The notes: generated by a model from the sequence alone, not told the origin. A DNA stretch of 64,000 bases from Cyanobacteria bacterium P01_A01_bin.123 (GCA_039815185.1 JBCBZT010000042.1:1-64000); one strand, 5' to 3'. Positions 10,359-21,362 are shown, counted from the stretch's first letter. Numbers and translations are program-made.

Positions 10359-11477
10359 TCATTGGTAAAAGTCATAATCAGGCGTGGGATTGAGGGGATC
10401 GGGGGCAAACGCCAACCAAAGTGGGAATTGCAGCAAAGCAAGGCTGATTTTGTCTTCGGCTTCGTCGATTAACATCAGGGGCAACAGCCCCATTTCGACT
10501 AAGCGATCAGCCCGTTGAGCCATGGGCTCTGGCGCTTCAAACAGCATGATGCCGCGATTAGTACCAAAATCTGCCCGCGAGACGCCCAAGCAATCTTGGA
10601 GACCCCGTCTCCATTCTCCTAAGCGTTCAGGGGTGTTGGCTAGGACAAGGATACGAACGCGATCGCCATAGAGGGCACGCAAAATTGAGACTGAGGCCGA
10701 AGCAATCAGCACATTTTGGAGACGACTACCCATACTTTTAATGGCACCTCGTCCCCCCTGGGCCAGAAACCAGTTGCTTAAGCGGTCAGCGTGGACGGGT
10801 TCAAAGGTGCGTCGCAACTGCCAGATGGGGCCATAGTAGTCGGGGCGTAGGCGATATTGATCTAGCAGGTTGCGGATCTGTTGGGTGTCGTCTTGAAAGC
10901 GCTGGTTAGCAAACCCTAAGGGAGTCGAAGCGTCTTTCTCCGGCTGATCAAAATCTGCAAAGGGATCGACCGACTCACGCGATCGCCCTGGCCGAGTGGC
11001 TGACGGTGTTGATTGGGTTGATGGCTTGGGTTCGGGCGGGACTAACTCTAACTGTTCTGCAGCGGTGACTAAATCTTGTAAACTCCCCACCAAATATTCT
11101 TTGAATCCCTGGACGCGGATGGCTAAATCCTGAGACACCCCGGCAAAACTGGTGCGCATTTCAGCCTGGATCCGCTCCTGACGGCGTTCGAGCTTTTCGA
11201 CCTCTGTTTGCAGCGTTTGCTTGCGCTGTTCGAGTTCATTCAGGTTTTGCCGCATGAGTCGGCTCAAATCAGCCTGTAAACCTTGAGCTTGGGTTCTCAG
11301 AGTGCGCTCGTAATTCGCCTGGAGGGTTTCAATTTGCTGTTTGAGTGCGCGCTCCTGGGCCTTCAACGCGGCCATAGTGGTTTCATGCTCAGCAACGTCT
11401 GAACGATGGGAAGATGACACTTCAGGGGGAGAAGATGCCAGGGTCGGATCTGAATCGGCGTAATCTTCTGGGCTCAT
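10359..11477 (-). CDS. DUF3086-family coiled-coil protein
   Basis: FAGVSQDLAIRVQGFKEYLVGSLQDL, PDYYGPIWQLRRTFEP; typical mlaE-DUF3119-DUF3086-plsY synteny; start approximate. Confidence 0.8.
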   Translation of the reverse strand: MSPEDYADSDPTLASSPPEVSSSHRSDVAEHETTMAALKAQERALKQQIETLQANYERTLRTQAQGLQADLSRLMRQNLNELEQRKQTLQTEVEKLERRQERIQAEMRTSFAGVSQDLAIRVQGFKEYLVGSLQDLVTAAEQLELVPPEPKPSTQSTPSATRPGRSRESVDPFADFDQPEKDASTPLGFANQRFQDDTQQIRNLLDQYRLRPDYYGPIWQLRRTFEPVHADRLSNWFLAQGGRGAIKSMGSRLQNVLIASASVSILRALYGDRVRILVLANTPERLGEWRRGLQDCLGVSRADFGTNRGIMLFEAPEPMAQRADRLVEMGLLPLMLIDEAEDKISLALLQFPLWLAFAPDPLNPTPDYDFYQ

Positions 11478-11629
11478 AGATAAGGGGAAAAATTGGCCTG
11501 ACGTTGCAATCGGCATTATGCCATTAAACCTTAGCCACATCCAGATCCGGAGGTCCTCCCTGCCGAGATGAGAGGCCCTCCGAGCATGGCTACGCTAGCC
11601 GACCCACTGAAGTTTCCAATCAGTGGGGT

Positions 11630-12043
11630 TCATTCTGTCGGGGGCTGGGACAATTGTGGCTTGGGGCAATACTGGTCTAAAGCGTTGTAGAGCTGCTGTG
11701 GGTCGAATAGTACGGGCAAAAAATGGATGGATTTAACTTCTCGGAAGTAAAACAGAATTGGGATAGGTGTCCAAAAAATTTCCCAGTGCTGCCAATCTTC
11801 GTAAGGGAATTGACGTAATCTGCGATCGCCCCAAAAGACTTCTAACGCAGTAGATGTAAACCGCAACCGGATCGCCAGAGTTTGAGCAAAAAGAAACAAG
11901 CCTAGTAATGACAACCCAAGGCTGAGCCATGGCGAAACCAACAGGCCAATGAGACTAACGCCAATGATTGCCAGGGATAACCGATAGCTGGGCGATAACT
12001 CAGTTGTTCCAGGATTGGAGGTTGTAGTCACTGGCAAACCCAT
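11630..12043 (-). CDS. DUF3119-family membrane protein
   Basis: ILFYFREVKSIHFLPVLFD motif after N-terminal TM helices. Confidence 0.8.
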   Translation of the reverse strand: MGLPVTTTSNPGTTELSPSYRLSLAIIGVSLIGLLVSPWLSLGLSLLGLFLFAQTLAIRLRFTSTALEVFWGDRRLRQFPYEDWQHWEIFWTPIPILFYFREVKSIHFLPVLFDPQQLYNALDQYCPKPQLSQPPTE

Positions 12044-12067
12044 CCATAAAGCACTAGGCGCCTACTA

Positions 12068-12865
12068 TTATACGCTGCCAACCACCGCGCTGCCCGTACC
12101 CTGGAACATCAACCAAGAGAGAAAAAAGTTGCTGATGAAAATAGCCAGCAGTGCGGTTACGACTGCTGTTGTGGTCGATTGGCCCACTCCTTTTGCGCCG
12201 CCTGTAGTGGTTAACCCCCAACCACAGCCAATCACCGCAATTAAAATGCCAAACACAAACGCTTTGACAATTGAACTGGCCAAATCCCAAGTGCTCAAAA
12301 AACTTTGGGCAGAATTCATGAATACTGAATTGGGAATGCCATAGAGATTGGTTGCAACCAATAAGCCACCCGTCATACCGGTGATAAACGACAAAATATT
12401 CAGCAGTGGCAGCATCAAAGCACAAGCTAGCACCCGAGGAATGACTAAGTAGTCGACCGGATCGGTCTCTAGCATTTGCAGGGCATCAATTTGCTCTGTT
12501 ACCTGCATTGTGCCAATCTCAGCAGCAAAAGCTGATCCTACGCGACCGGCTAAAACCACTGCGGTCAACACAGGTGCTAACTCTCGGGCTAACGTCAAGG
12601 CTAAAACACCACCCACCGCTGTGCCAGCCCCAAAACTCATAAATTCACGGGTGACCTGAATTGTGAATACCATCCCGACAAAAGCAGCGGTCACCAGTGC
12701 AATCAGCAGTGACTCGGGGCCAACCGCTGACATTTGTTCGACTGTATTGCGGCGATGGATGGGTCTAGAGAGGAGATGAATGACAACTTGCCCCCCCAGC
12801 AAAACGGCGGCCAGGAGGCGACGAGCCCACAGGCGTAAATTAGAGGATTCAATGGCTTGACTCAA
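12068..12865 (-). CDS. mlaE: MlaE/Ycf63-family lipid ABC transporter permease
   Basis: RELAPVLTAVVLAGRVGSAFAAEIGTMQVTEQIDAL, GGAKGVGQSTT. Confidence 0.92.
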   Translation of the reverse strand: MSQAIESSNLRLWARRLLAAVLLGGQVVIHLLSRPIHRRNTVEQMSAVGPESLLIALVTAAFVGMVFTIQVTREFMSFGAGTAVGGVLALTLARELAPVLTAVVLAGRVGSAFAAEIGTMQVTEQIDALQMLETDPVDYLVIPRVLACALMLPLLNILSFITGMTGGLLVATNLYGIPNSVFMNSAQSFLSTWDLASSIVKAFVFGILIAVIGCGWGLTTTGGAKGVGQSTTTAVVTALLAIFISNFFLSWLMFQGTGSAVVGSV

Positions 12866-13328
12866 GGGACAACAGCCTGAATGACAAAAACTAAGAACAG
12901 CTGCGCTGAAATATCTCAGCGCAATTCTAGGTTAATTGTGAACTAACTGACAGCAACAGTACTTTACGACAAAATTTTAGCGAGATTAAAGATTCCTCAG
13001 AACTATCTCGCACTCAACGGCTTTCCGAGGTGGAGGGGACTTAAGCCATATTCAGATAGGGCTGTAAGTTTTCTTGCCAGTAAAATTCCCGTTTGCGATT
13101 ATTCACTTCCTCAACATCTTAGGCAATGGCGATAGCCTTGAAGGGATGGTCGCTATGCCCAAGATGAATTGCCAATTTTAAGTCGGTAACCCTCAGTTTA
13201 ATCTCAGAATTGACTCATCTCAAAGTCGAGAAAAGTCTTTATGCTGGGGTTACGATTGTGAGATCCTAGCTTTTATAGTGGGGATCGTTGATTCTTGAAC
13301 TGGGCGTTGAGCTGATTTCTACAGGTCT

Positions 13329-14900
13329 ATGGTGTTTTTGTCTTCTCTTAAGGGGCGATGCTGGCGGGGCTTCTGCTCCCTACTGTTGGGGCTAAGTGTT
13401 TTCGGATTGTTATGGGGGTTGGCTGGGCCGTCGATAGCTTTGGCGCAGCAAACTGATGAACTCCCTGGCACGTCGATTCAGCCTTATTTAGACCGGGTGG
13501 CAGAGCAGGTGACTGAGTTCACCCTCGATAACGGCATGAAGTTTATTGTTTTGGAGCGACACCAAGCTCCGGTCGTGTCGTTTATGCTCTACGCCAATGT
13601 AGGGGCAGTTAATGAAGAAGATGGCAAAACGGGTTTGGCCCATTATCTGGAGCATTTAGCGTTTAAGGGCACCACTGAAATTGGTACCACCGACTACGCG
13701 GCAGAAAAGCAGGTGCTCGATCAGATGGATCAAGTCTTTGATGAAATTTTGGCTGCACAAGCGGCAGGTGATATGGCCACTGCTGAACAACTGCAGCAAT
13801 CACTCTCGGAATTGCAGCAGGTTGCCGCGTCCTATGTTGAGCAGAATAAGTTTGGCCAAATCATTGAGCAAACCGGGGGAGTTGGGTTGAACGCCACAAC
13901 CGGAGCCGATGCCACGCGTTATTTTTACAGTTTGCCGTCAAATAAGTTGGAACTCTGGATGTCATTGGAGTCAGATCGTTTCCTTGACCCCGTGTTTCGA
14001 GAGTTTTATGAAGAGAAAGATGTCATTTTAGAAGAAAGGCGCATGCGGGTAGATAACTCTCCCATTGGCATGATGGTGGAAAAGTTCTTAGAAAATGCCT
14101 TCGATGATCACCCTTACAGTCGCCCCGTCATTGGTTACCAAGAAGACTTATATGTCGCTACGCGGGCTGATGTACAGCGGTTTTTTGACACTTATTATGG
14201 CCCCAAAAATCTGATTGCAACGGTTGTAGGCGATGTAGACCCGGCACAAGTCCAGGAAATGGCTGAAGTCTACTTTGGCCGATTTGAGCCAAAGGCTGAG
14301 CCGCCCACAATCGAGATTGGAGCAGTGCAGCAAAATGAGCCCCGGAGCTTTACCCTAGAGCTGCCGACAGAACCCTGGTATTTGGAAGGATATCATCGCC
14401 CGAGCTTACAAGCTCCTGACCATGTGGTTTACGGCATCATCGAAAGCTTGTTGGTGGGCGGTAGAACGTCTCGACTGTACAAGTCTTTGGTGGATGAACA
14501 GCAGATAGCGCTTGATGTCGGCAGTATTAACGGCTTCCCGGGTGATAAATACGCCAATATGCTACTGCTCTATGGGATTACTGCACCGGGTTTGACGGTG
14601 GAAGATGTGGCTGAATCGATGGAAGCAGAGTTGACCCGATTAAAGACTGAACCCGTGCAACCTGAGGAACTGAATCGGGTGAAAACTCAGGCTAGGGCTA
14701 GCTTATTGCGATCGCTAGATTCAAATTCTGGCATGGCGGCTTTGCTAGCGGCCTACGAAGCCAAAACGGCCAGTTGGCGTAACGTGTTTGAAGAACTCCA
14801 GGCGATTGAAGCGGTGACTGCAGAAGATGTGCAGCGAGTCGCTGAGACGACGTTTCAACCGAACAATCGCACGGTCGGTAAACTGTTGTCCCAAAGTTAG
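13329..14900 (+). CDS. M16B zinc peptidase, catalytic subunit, with signal peptide
   Basis: HYLEH (HxxEH) motif, LNATT; hydrophobic N-terminus ending ALA. Confidence 0.9.
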   Translation: MVFLSSLKGRCWRGFCSLLLGLSVFGLLWGLAGPSIALAQQTDELPGTSIQPYLDRVAEQVTEFTLDNGMKFIVLERHQAPVVSFMLYANVGAVNEEDGKTGLAHYLEHLAFKGTTEIGTTDYAAEKQVLDQMDQVFDEILAAQAAGDMATAEQLQQSLSELQQVAASYVEQNKFGQIIEQTGGVGLNATTGADATRYFYSLPSNKLELWMSLESDRFLDPVFREFYEEKDVILEERRMRVDNSPIGMMVEKFLENAFDDHPYSRPVIGYQEDLYVATRADVQRFFDTYYGPKNLIATVVGDVDPAQVQEMAEVYFGRFEPKAEPPTIEIGAVQQNEPRSFTLELPTEPWYLEGYHRPSLQAPDHVVYGIIESLLVGGRTSRLYKSLVDEQQIALDVGSINGFPGDKYANMLLLYGITAPGLTVEDVAESMEAELTRLKTEPVQPEELNRVKTQARASLLRSLDSNSGMAALLAAYEAKTASWRNVFEELQAIEAVTAEDVQRVAETTFQPNNRTVGKLLSQS

Positions 14901-15041
14901 GGGTTAGCCGCTGCGAGGCAATGGTGATAGGTCTGAGGTCGCGATCGCCGTAAGCTATGCCAAATTCAATTAGACCAGGCGATTTTGCGAACGATTTTTT
15001 TGATGATTGATGTTGTGATTTCCATTGGAGTTTCATCCCCC

Positions 15042-16544
15042 ATGCAGTGGTTTAGGCAATCTGGGCAACAAAGACAGCGTCGTCGGTGGTTATCGGCCTT
15101 GGGGCTCGGGTTTGGCGCACTGATGTTGGCCTTGGGGTTGGGCTGGCCTGCCCCAGCGATCGCGACAACAGCCCTGCATTACGATGAGTTGACCTTTCCG
15201 CCCCTAGGGGAAATCGAGATTCCAGAGTTTGAACGCTATCAGCTCGATAATGGGCTAGTGGTCTATCTGATGGAAGATCATGAATTACCCCTAGTACAAG
15301 GGTCGGCTACCTTTAGCACGGGTAGCCGCTTTGAGCCTGTCGGGAAGGTCGGTTTAGCCAGCATTCTTGGAGATGCTATTCGCCTGGGGGGAACGCAGAC
15401 CCACAGCCCCGATGATGTGAATCAGCTATTAGAGCAACGGGCTGCTTCTGTGGAGACGGAAGTTGGAGATACGACCGGCAGCGCGAGTTTTAATGTTTTG
15501 ACAGAAGACTTGCCAGAGGTATTTACCCTGTTTGCTGATGTCATCCGTAATCCCGCCTTTGACGCTGATAGGATTGATTTTCTCAAGAATCAAAATCGAG
15601 GCGCGATCGCCCGGCGCAATGACGACCCGGATGATATTACTCGGCGTGAGTTTCGCAAGCTGGTCTACGGCACCGAAAGTCCCTATGCACGGACAATCGA
15701 GTATGACACCCTAGACGCCATCAGCCGCGATGATATTCTGGCTTTCTACCAAGCTTCCATTCGGCCTGAACGGACGATTTTGGGCATTGTGGGTGACTTT
15801 GACCCTGAAGCGATGAAGTCGCTGATTGAGGAGCTGTTTGGAGACTGGCAACCTGCGGCTAGCGATGCTGTGACCTTTGACCTCCCTGAGGTTGCCCAGG
15901 CCCAGGCAGGCGTCTTCTTGGTTGATCAGCCCCAATTGACCCAAAGCTCGGTTCAAATTGGTCATTTAGGGGGCCAATTGAGCAGCCCCGATCACGGCAA
16001 TATGGCAGTCTTGAACGAAGTACTCAATGGCTTTGGTGGCCGGTTGTTTAACGAACTGCGATCGCGCCAAGGGTTAGCCTATGTGGTCTATGCATTTTGG
16101 GCTCCCCGCTATGACTATCCTGGTACCTTTATTGGGGGTGGGCAGACCAGCTCTGAGACCACTGTGCCTTTTATCCAGGCATTTTTGTCAGAACTCGAAA
16201 AGGTGCGCACGGCCCCTGTCTCTGCGGCAGAATTACAATTTGCCAAAGATGCAGTCCTCAATAGCTTTGTGTTTAACTTCCAAAGCCCAGAGCAAACGCT
16301 GTCGCGGCTGATTCGCTACGAGTACTACGACTATCCTTCAGATTTTGTATTTCGCTTTCAGCAGGATGTAGAAAATGCCACCATCGAAGGTGTCTTAAGG
16401 GCTGCCCAAGAAAACCTTAAACCTGAGCAGTTAGTGACGTTAGTGGTCGGTAATGAAGCTGAAATTGAGCCGCCTTTATCCGCGCTGGGTCCAGACGTAA
16501 CGGTGACTCAAATCGACGTGTCGATTCCGGAACCGAGTGCTTAA
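15042..16544 (+). CDS. M16B peptidase, non-catalytic partner subunit, with signal peptide
   Basis: LDNGLVVYL, RLFNELRSRQGLAY (R/Y motif), no HxxEH; GGAG upstream of ATG 15042; Arg-rich N-terminus. Confidence 0.88.
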   Translation: MQWFRQSGQQRQRRRWLSALGLGFGALMLALGLGWPAPAIATTALHYDELTFPPLGEIEIPEFERYQLDNGLVVYLMEDHELPLVQGSATFSTGSRFEPVGKVGLASILGDAIRLGGTQTHSPDDVNQLLEQRAASVETEVGDTTGSASFNVLTEDLPEVFTLFADVIRNPAFDADRIDFLKNQNRGAIARRNDDPDDITRREFRKLVYGTESPYARTIEYDTLDAISRDDILAFYQASIRPERTILGIVGDFDPEAMKSLIEELFGDWQPAASDAVTFDLPEVAQAQAGVFLVDQPQLTQSSVQIGHLGGQLSSPDHGNMAVLNEVLNGFGGRLFNELRSRQGLAYVVYAFWAPRYDYPGTFIGGGQTSSETTVPFIQAFLSELEKVRTAPVSAAELQFAKDAVLNSFVFNFQSPEQTLSRLIRYEYYDYPSDFVFRFQQDVENATIEGVLRAAQENLKPEQLVTLVVGNEAEIEPPLSALGPDVTVTQIDVSIPEPSA

Positions 16545-16547
16545 GGC

Positions 16548-17405
16548 TTAAATAGTTGCCTGTAGAAGCCGGAAACGATTGCGGCCCCGGCTTTGAGATT
16601 GGGCGAGGGCATCCTGGGCTTGGGAAAGCAGATGATCAGCATCGACAGGATGATCGCGATCGCAGAAAGCACCCCCCACACTAACGTTGAGATTAACAGT
16701 TGAGCCATCAGCTAGCTGAAGTGGGCTGTCAGTCAAAAAGCCCTGGAGGGCTTCTCCATACCGTCCGGCATCCTTGAGGTTTAGCCCTGTAGCAGTGCAG
16801 GCGAATTGTCCCTGACCGTCGCTGTAAAGCCAGCTTTGAACCGAGGCATTTTTTTTCAAAATAGATGCGATCGCTTGCCAGGTGAGCTGCACTTGGGCAT
16901 CGACAGGGGCAATCGTTTGTTTGTCAGCCCGCTCGGTATGAAGCAAAAAAAGGCAGACAGATCGACGTTGGCCATCGCCATGGGTATCATGGCGCATGCG
17001 ACTGAGCAGGGATGCGATCGCTTTGGGTAAAGTCTTTTGATGGAGCAACCCAGTTGTTTCATCCATCAGCGATAAGGCCAACAGCAGATCTTCATAGCTA
17101 TGGCGCACCTCATCTACCCGGGCTAGCTGGGTATGGGTAGCTTGTTGTTGAGACTGAATCTGCTCTGTCAAACTTTCAGTCTGATGCTTTAACCGAGCAT
17201 TGCTCCAGCCGCGTCGCAAAATTGCCGGAATTGAGAACAGCAGCCCAATCACCACACCAATCGCCAGAGTTGCCAACAGCACAAGCGACAGCGATTCTTG
17301 CAACTGCCAGACAAATAGATTAATCGTGACTGAGTTGAAATTTTGAAGGGCAAAAGAAATCGCTAGCAGCGCGATCGCCAACGCAAAAACAAGGTACAGT
17401 CGCAT
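16548..17405 (-). CDS. LapA (DUF1049) membrane domain fused to a degenerate GGDEF-like domain
   Basis: FALQN...VTINLFVW...SLVLL LapA pattern; DETTGL, VSVGGA, ALAQSQSRGRNR at the C-terminus, no GG(D/E)EF. Confidence 0.65.
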   Translation of the reverse strand: MRLYLVFALAIALLAISFALQNFNSVTINLFVWQLQESLSLVLLATLAIGVVIGLLFSIPAILRRGWSNARLKHQTESLTEQIQSQQQATHTQLARVDEVRHSYEDLLLALSLMDETTGLLHQKTLPKAIASLLSRMRHDTHGDGQRRSVCLFLLHTERADKQTIAPVDAQVQLTWQAIASILKKNASVQSWLYSDGQGQFACTATGLNLKDAGRYGEALQGFLTDSPLQLADGSTVNLNVSVGGAFCDRDHPVDADHLLSQAQDALAQSQSRGRNRFRLLQATI

Positions 17406-17515
17406 TGTTTGGGCTAAAACTAAATTAGGATTTGGGCTAAAACTCAATCAAAGAATGTGCCTTTATCCTACGGCCTGTTCGCATTTGAATCATCCGCAAA
17501 AGGTCAGATTCTGAT

Positions 17516-17905
17516 ATGGGGGATATTAACGGTGCTTGGCTCGGCACCTACTGGCAAAGTGAGCTACCAACCCGATTTGATGCCTCCTTTGTTCAAGGCG
17601 GCAACGCTCTGAGCGGCAGCATTCTAGACGATAGCGACTTGGGCGAAGCACAGGTTTCAGGAGAAGTCATCGGACGCAGCATCCGCTTTACCAAACGTTA
17701 TCTGATGGGGGGGCATGCGGCTATTGACTACACGGGCACCTTGTCAGAAGACGGCAATCATATGCAGGGGCAATGGCGTATCAAACGCTATGGGACTGGC
17801 TCCTGGGAAGCCCATCGCAACGACAATGATCTGATGCAGGCATTGGCTCGCCGCCAAGCTCAATCACAACCAGTCGAAGCGCTGACAGGTTCTAAATCAA
17901 GGTAG
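17516..17905 (+). CDS. Conserved hypothetical protein (beta-rich)
   Basis: 129-aa ORF with WLGTYWQ, IRFTKRY and GQW patterns. Confidence 0.7.
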   Translation: MGDINGAWLGTYWQSELPTRFDASFVQGGNALSGSILDDSDLGEAQVSGEVIGRSIRFTKRYLMGGHAAIDYTGTLSEDGNHMQGQWRIKRYGTGSWEAHRNDNDLMQALARRQAQSQPVEALTGSKSR

Positions 17906-17994
17906 GGGTATCCCTACGGCATAACGTTCCAGGCCGACTCCCAGCCACGCTACACTGTTAAAAAACATTGCCACCCGTCAGGCATTTAGGGGTT

Positions 17995-18681
17995 ATGAGT
18001 TCATATATTCAGGCTGTCCAGTCTCCTTACTATGGTGAGGCCTCTTACCGGACACCGCCACCAGACTTACCTTCATTGCTGCTCAAAGAACGCATTGTTT
18101 ATTTGGGCTTGCCGCTATATTCGTCGGATCAGCTCAAACAGCAGACCGGCATTGATGTCACAGAATTAATTGTTGCCCAACTGCTCTACTTGCAGTTCGA
18201 CGACCCTGAGAAGCCGATTTTTTTCTACATTAATTCGACGGGAACGTCTTGGTACGACGGCAACATGATTGGCTATGACACCGAAGCCTTTGCCATCTGT
18301 GACACGATGAACTACATCAAGCCCCCGGTCCATACCATTTGTATTGGTCAGGCAATGGGAACTGCCGCCATCATCCTATCTGCTGGGACTAAGGGTTTCC
18401 GTGCTAGCTTACCCCACGCCCGAATTGTGCTGAATCAGGCCCGCAGTGGTGCTCAAGGTCAGGCCACAGACATTGAAATTCGCGCTAAAGAAGTGCTGAA
18501 TAATAAACGCACGATGATGGAAATTTTAGCCAGAAACTCGGGTAAATCCGTAGAGCAGGTGATGAAAGACTCAGATCGGATGTTCTATATGAACCCCGAA
18601 GAAGCCAAAGACTATGGCTTGATCGATCGCGTTCTAGAGAGCCCTAAAGAGTTGCCTAAAGCGCCCGTTGGCATTTCATAG
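17995..18681 (+). CDS. clpR: Clp protease non-catalytic subunit ClpR
   Basis: RTPPPDLPSLLLKERIVYLG, YINSTG; catalytic Ser replaced (AMGTAA). Confidence 0.92.
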   Translation: MSSYIQAVQSPYYGEASYRTPPPDLPSLLLKERIVYLGLPLYSSDQLKQQTGIDVTELIVAQLLYLQFDDPEKPIFFYINSTGTSWYDGNMIGYDTEAFAICDTMNYIKPPVHTICIGQAMGTAAIILSAGTKGFRASLPHARIVLNQARSGAQGQATDIEIRAKEVLNNKRTMMEILARNSGKSVEQVMKDSDRMFYMNPEEAKDYGLIDRVLESPKELPKAPVGIS

Positions 18682-18744
18682 TGCTAATCGGAATAGTTTC
18701 AGTTTCAGTTATTTTGTCCTCTTAAACGCACAGAGATTACTGCC

Positions 18745-19350
18745 ATGCCCATCGGTACACCAAAGGTTCCTTATCGCCTACCGGGTAGCCAATATACCCA
18801 GTGGGTTGATATTTATACCCGTTTAAACCAAGAGCGAATCATCTTTTTGGGTCAAGAGGTCACCGATAGCCTTGCGAACTCAATCGTGGCAGCCATGCTG
18901 TACTTGGATTCTGATGATTCCACCAAGCCAATTTATCTCTACATCAATTCCCCGGGGGGGTCTGTGACCGCTGGGATGGCAATCTTCGACACGATGCAGT
19001 ACATCAAGTCTGAAGTGGTCACCATTTGTGTGGGGCTTGCGGCTTCCATGGGTGCCTTTCTCTTGGCTGCAGGCACTAAGGGCAAGCGAGTTGCCCTGCC
19101 CCATTCGCGAATTATGATTCACCAGCCTCTGGGTGGCACTGGGCGTCAACGGCTGCAAGCGACGGACATTGCCATTGAAGCCAAGGAGATTTTGCGGGTG
19201 AAACGAGAGCTGAATGAAATGCTCTCCGAACGCACTGGCAAAACCATAGAGCAGATTGAAAAAGATACCGATCGCGATTATTTCATGTCTGCAGAAGAAG
19301 CTGCTGAATATGGGTTGATCGATCGTGTGATTGAGGACAAACCGGCTTAG
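18745..19350 (+). CDS. clpP: ATP-dependent Clp protease proteolytic subunit (ClpP3 type)
   Basis: [25 protein letters not shown]; follows clpR. Confidence 0.95.
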   Translation: MPIGTPKVPYRLPGSQYTQWVDIYTRLNQERIIFLGQEVTDSLANSIVAAMLYLDSDDSTKPIYLYINSPGGSVTAGMAIFDTMQYIKSEVVTICVGLAASMGAFLLAAGTKGKRVALPHSRIMIHQPLGGTGRQRLQATDIAIEAKEILRVKRELNEMLSERTGKTIEQIEKDTDRDYFMSAEEAAEYGLIDRVIEDKPA

Positions 19351-19465
19351 AGACGATTGGATGATGGGATGTTTAGATAGGGTTGGAATTCTGACGTCAG
19401 AAATCAGACCCCAACCATTTAGACATCCTAGGAAATAACATCCTGGGAAAATAATCTATAGCGTT

Positions 19466-20338
19466 CTAATCAGCAGTTGATTCAGGGCTTACAGCGTTGA
19501 AGAGGGCTGAATAGTCTAAGTCGGATAAACCCAATGCGATCGCTCGTTTGACGATTGTGCTAACACTTTCTGCTGCCGTCGGATCTAGCCCTACTTCGTG
19601 GGCTGCTTCCACAAATAGGTTCATATCTTTGAGCAAGTGTTTAGTGGGAAAATTGGGCTTATCAAAATTTCGATCTAGCATGCGCGTCAGCTTTTTGTCG
19701 AAAGTGGGCGCATAGAGGGCACTTTCGCGAACAATAGTCATAAATTTTTCGATATCGATGCCTGAGCGCTGTACCAATCCTAAGCTCATGGCAAAGGCCG
19801 TCGTCAGTGAACCAATCAGTTGATTCATGGCTAGTTTCGTTGCGGCTCCACTACCGACTTCACCCAAATGCATCGGCTCTGGGCCAAAGCAGCGCAAGAC
19901 ATCAACCCACGTGGCAAACTGTGACTCAGTGCTGCCTACCATCAGTAGTAGGCTACCCGTTTCTGCTTGAGGGATGCTCCCCAATACAGGCGCTTCTAGG
20001 TATTGCCCCCCAACGGCGACAATGTCGTGATGAATTGTTTCGCTTTCTTGGGGTGAAATGGTGCCCATTTGAATAATGGTGCGTTGGGGCAGATGGGGTT
20101 GAGCTGATTCAGAGAATATTGTCTCTCGAATTGCAGCAGCATTCGTCAACATCAGAATGATGCAAGAAGAAGCCGATAGCGCGGCCGCTGGGGAGACTGC
20201 CAGAACCGCGCCTGCTTGCTGGAGGGGCAAGCACTTGGCTTCGGTGCGGTTGTAGACGGTTACAGTGTGACCGGCTGATAGCAATCGCCTAATCATGGGG
20301 GTACCCATTAGGCCGGTACCTAAAAAGCTAATGTTCAA
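19466..20338 (-). CDS. 3-hydroxyisobutyrate/beta-hydroxyacid dehydrogenase-family oxidoreductase
   Basis: FLGTGLMG, YNRT, LEAPVLGS, TKLAMN, KDM. Confidence 0.88.
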   Translation of the reverse strand: MNISFLGTGLMGTPMIRRLLSAGHTVTVYNRTEAKCLPLQQAGAVLAVSPAAALSASSCIILMLTNAAAIRETIFSESAQPHLPQRTIIQMGTISPQESETIHHDIVAVGGQYLEAPVLGSIPQAETGSLLLMVGSTESQFATWVDVLRCFGPEPMHLGEVGSGAATKLAMNQLIGSLTTAFAMSLGLVQRSGIDIEKFMTIVRESALYAPTFDKKLTRMLDRNFDKPNFPTKHLLKDMNLFVEAAHEVGLDPTAAESVSTIVKRAIALGLSDLDYSALFNAVSPESTAD

Positions 20339-20620
20339 AGTCGTTTCCTAAATTTTGGTCTCAGTCTTTGAGTTTATCGAGTGATGGTGCTTAACAATAG
20401 GTGTCGCTTTGCCTCCACTCCAAACGAGGAAGCTCTGCGAGCCATTGCTCGGTTTGTGGCTCAGTAGAGTCTCCAGCCCTCTCTATTTTCGCGATGGCTG
20501 TGGGAACACTCAAGATCGAAATGGCTAAGGTAATGCTCAACGCTCCCATATTAGGCATTAACCCGGCACAAATTAGCTCAAGCAATTACTTCAATATTAA
20601 TCAGAGGTTCAGTAGATTCA

Positions 20621-21094
20621 ATGAATAAATAGCATAGCGCTGTCACATTAGTGACGGTGATCACAATGGTGAGCACGGTAGCAACCACCACTGCGATCGC
20701 TAGCGATGCTGACATGTTTTGCTATATGCGTACGGAGAGTGGTCGCTTAGTAAACTTAGGAGATGTTTGTGGCGTAGAAGAGTTGCCTGCACCTGTTACT
20801 TCCTCATCAGCAACAGTATCAAGTTCTTCATCTACAGCATTAAGCAATCCAGAGGACATTCAGGCCTTTATCGCTGGCTGCACTGATTCGGTGCTTGCAA
20901 ACGGTTGGACAACCACACAAGCTAACCAGTATTGTGGTTGTGCAGTGCAAGGTATTCAATCCTCTGGCATGTCTAACGATCAATTTGTTAGCTTTTTTGA
21001 ATCGCTACTGATTCCTAACGTACCTGCTCCCGATCTGGCTGTGCAAGACACTTTTGCTGAAATTATAGTTGCTTGTTCATTGGCTGTTTACTAG
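20621..21094 (+). CDS. Secreted Cys-containing hypothetical protein; in-frame TAG at codon 4 (possible pseudogene)
   Basis: CYMRTESGRLVNLGDVC and FIAGC...YCGC motifs; ATG AAT AAA TAG in frame with the signal-like segment starting at 20651. Confidence 0.55.
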
Positions 21095-21101
21095 GTAAAC
21101 A

Positions 21102-21362
21102 ATGACGGAGCCTCCAGTGACTATAACCATCAAGTTGTTTGCCGCCTATCAAGATGCCTACGGCGTGCCCGAACTCAAACTGGAATTGCCTCAAGGGACT
21201 ATGGTCGGTGATCTCTGCGATCGCATGATTGCCGACCATCCCGAATTGGCCCAGTGGAAAGCGCTGACCCGTTTTGGTATCAACTTGCAATTTGCGCCCC
21301 CCGATACGGTGCTACAGGATGGTGATGAGGTGGTTTTAATTCCGCCCGTGAGTGGGGGCTAG
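21102..21362 (+). CDS. moaD: Molybdopterin synthase sulfur carrier MoaD
   Basis: IKLFAAY...DGDEVVLIPPVSGG. Confidence 0.9.
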   Translation: MTEPPVTITIKLFAAYQDAYGVPELKLELPQGTMVGDLCDRMIADHPELAQWKALTRFGINLQFAPPDTVLQDGDEVVLIPPVSGG

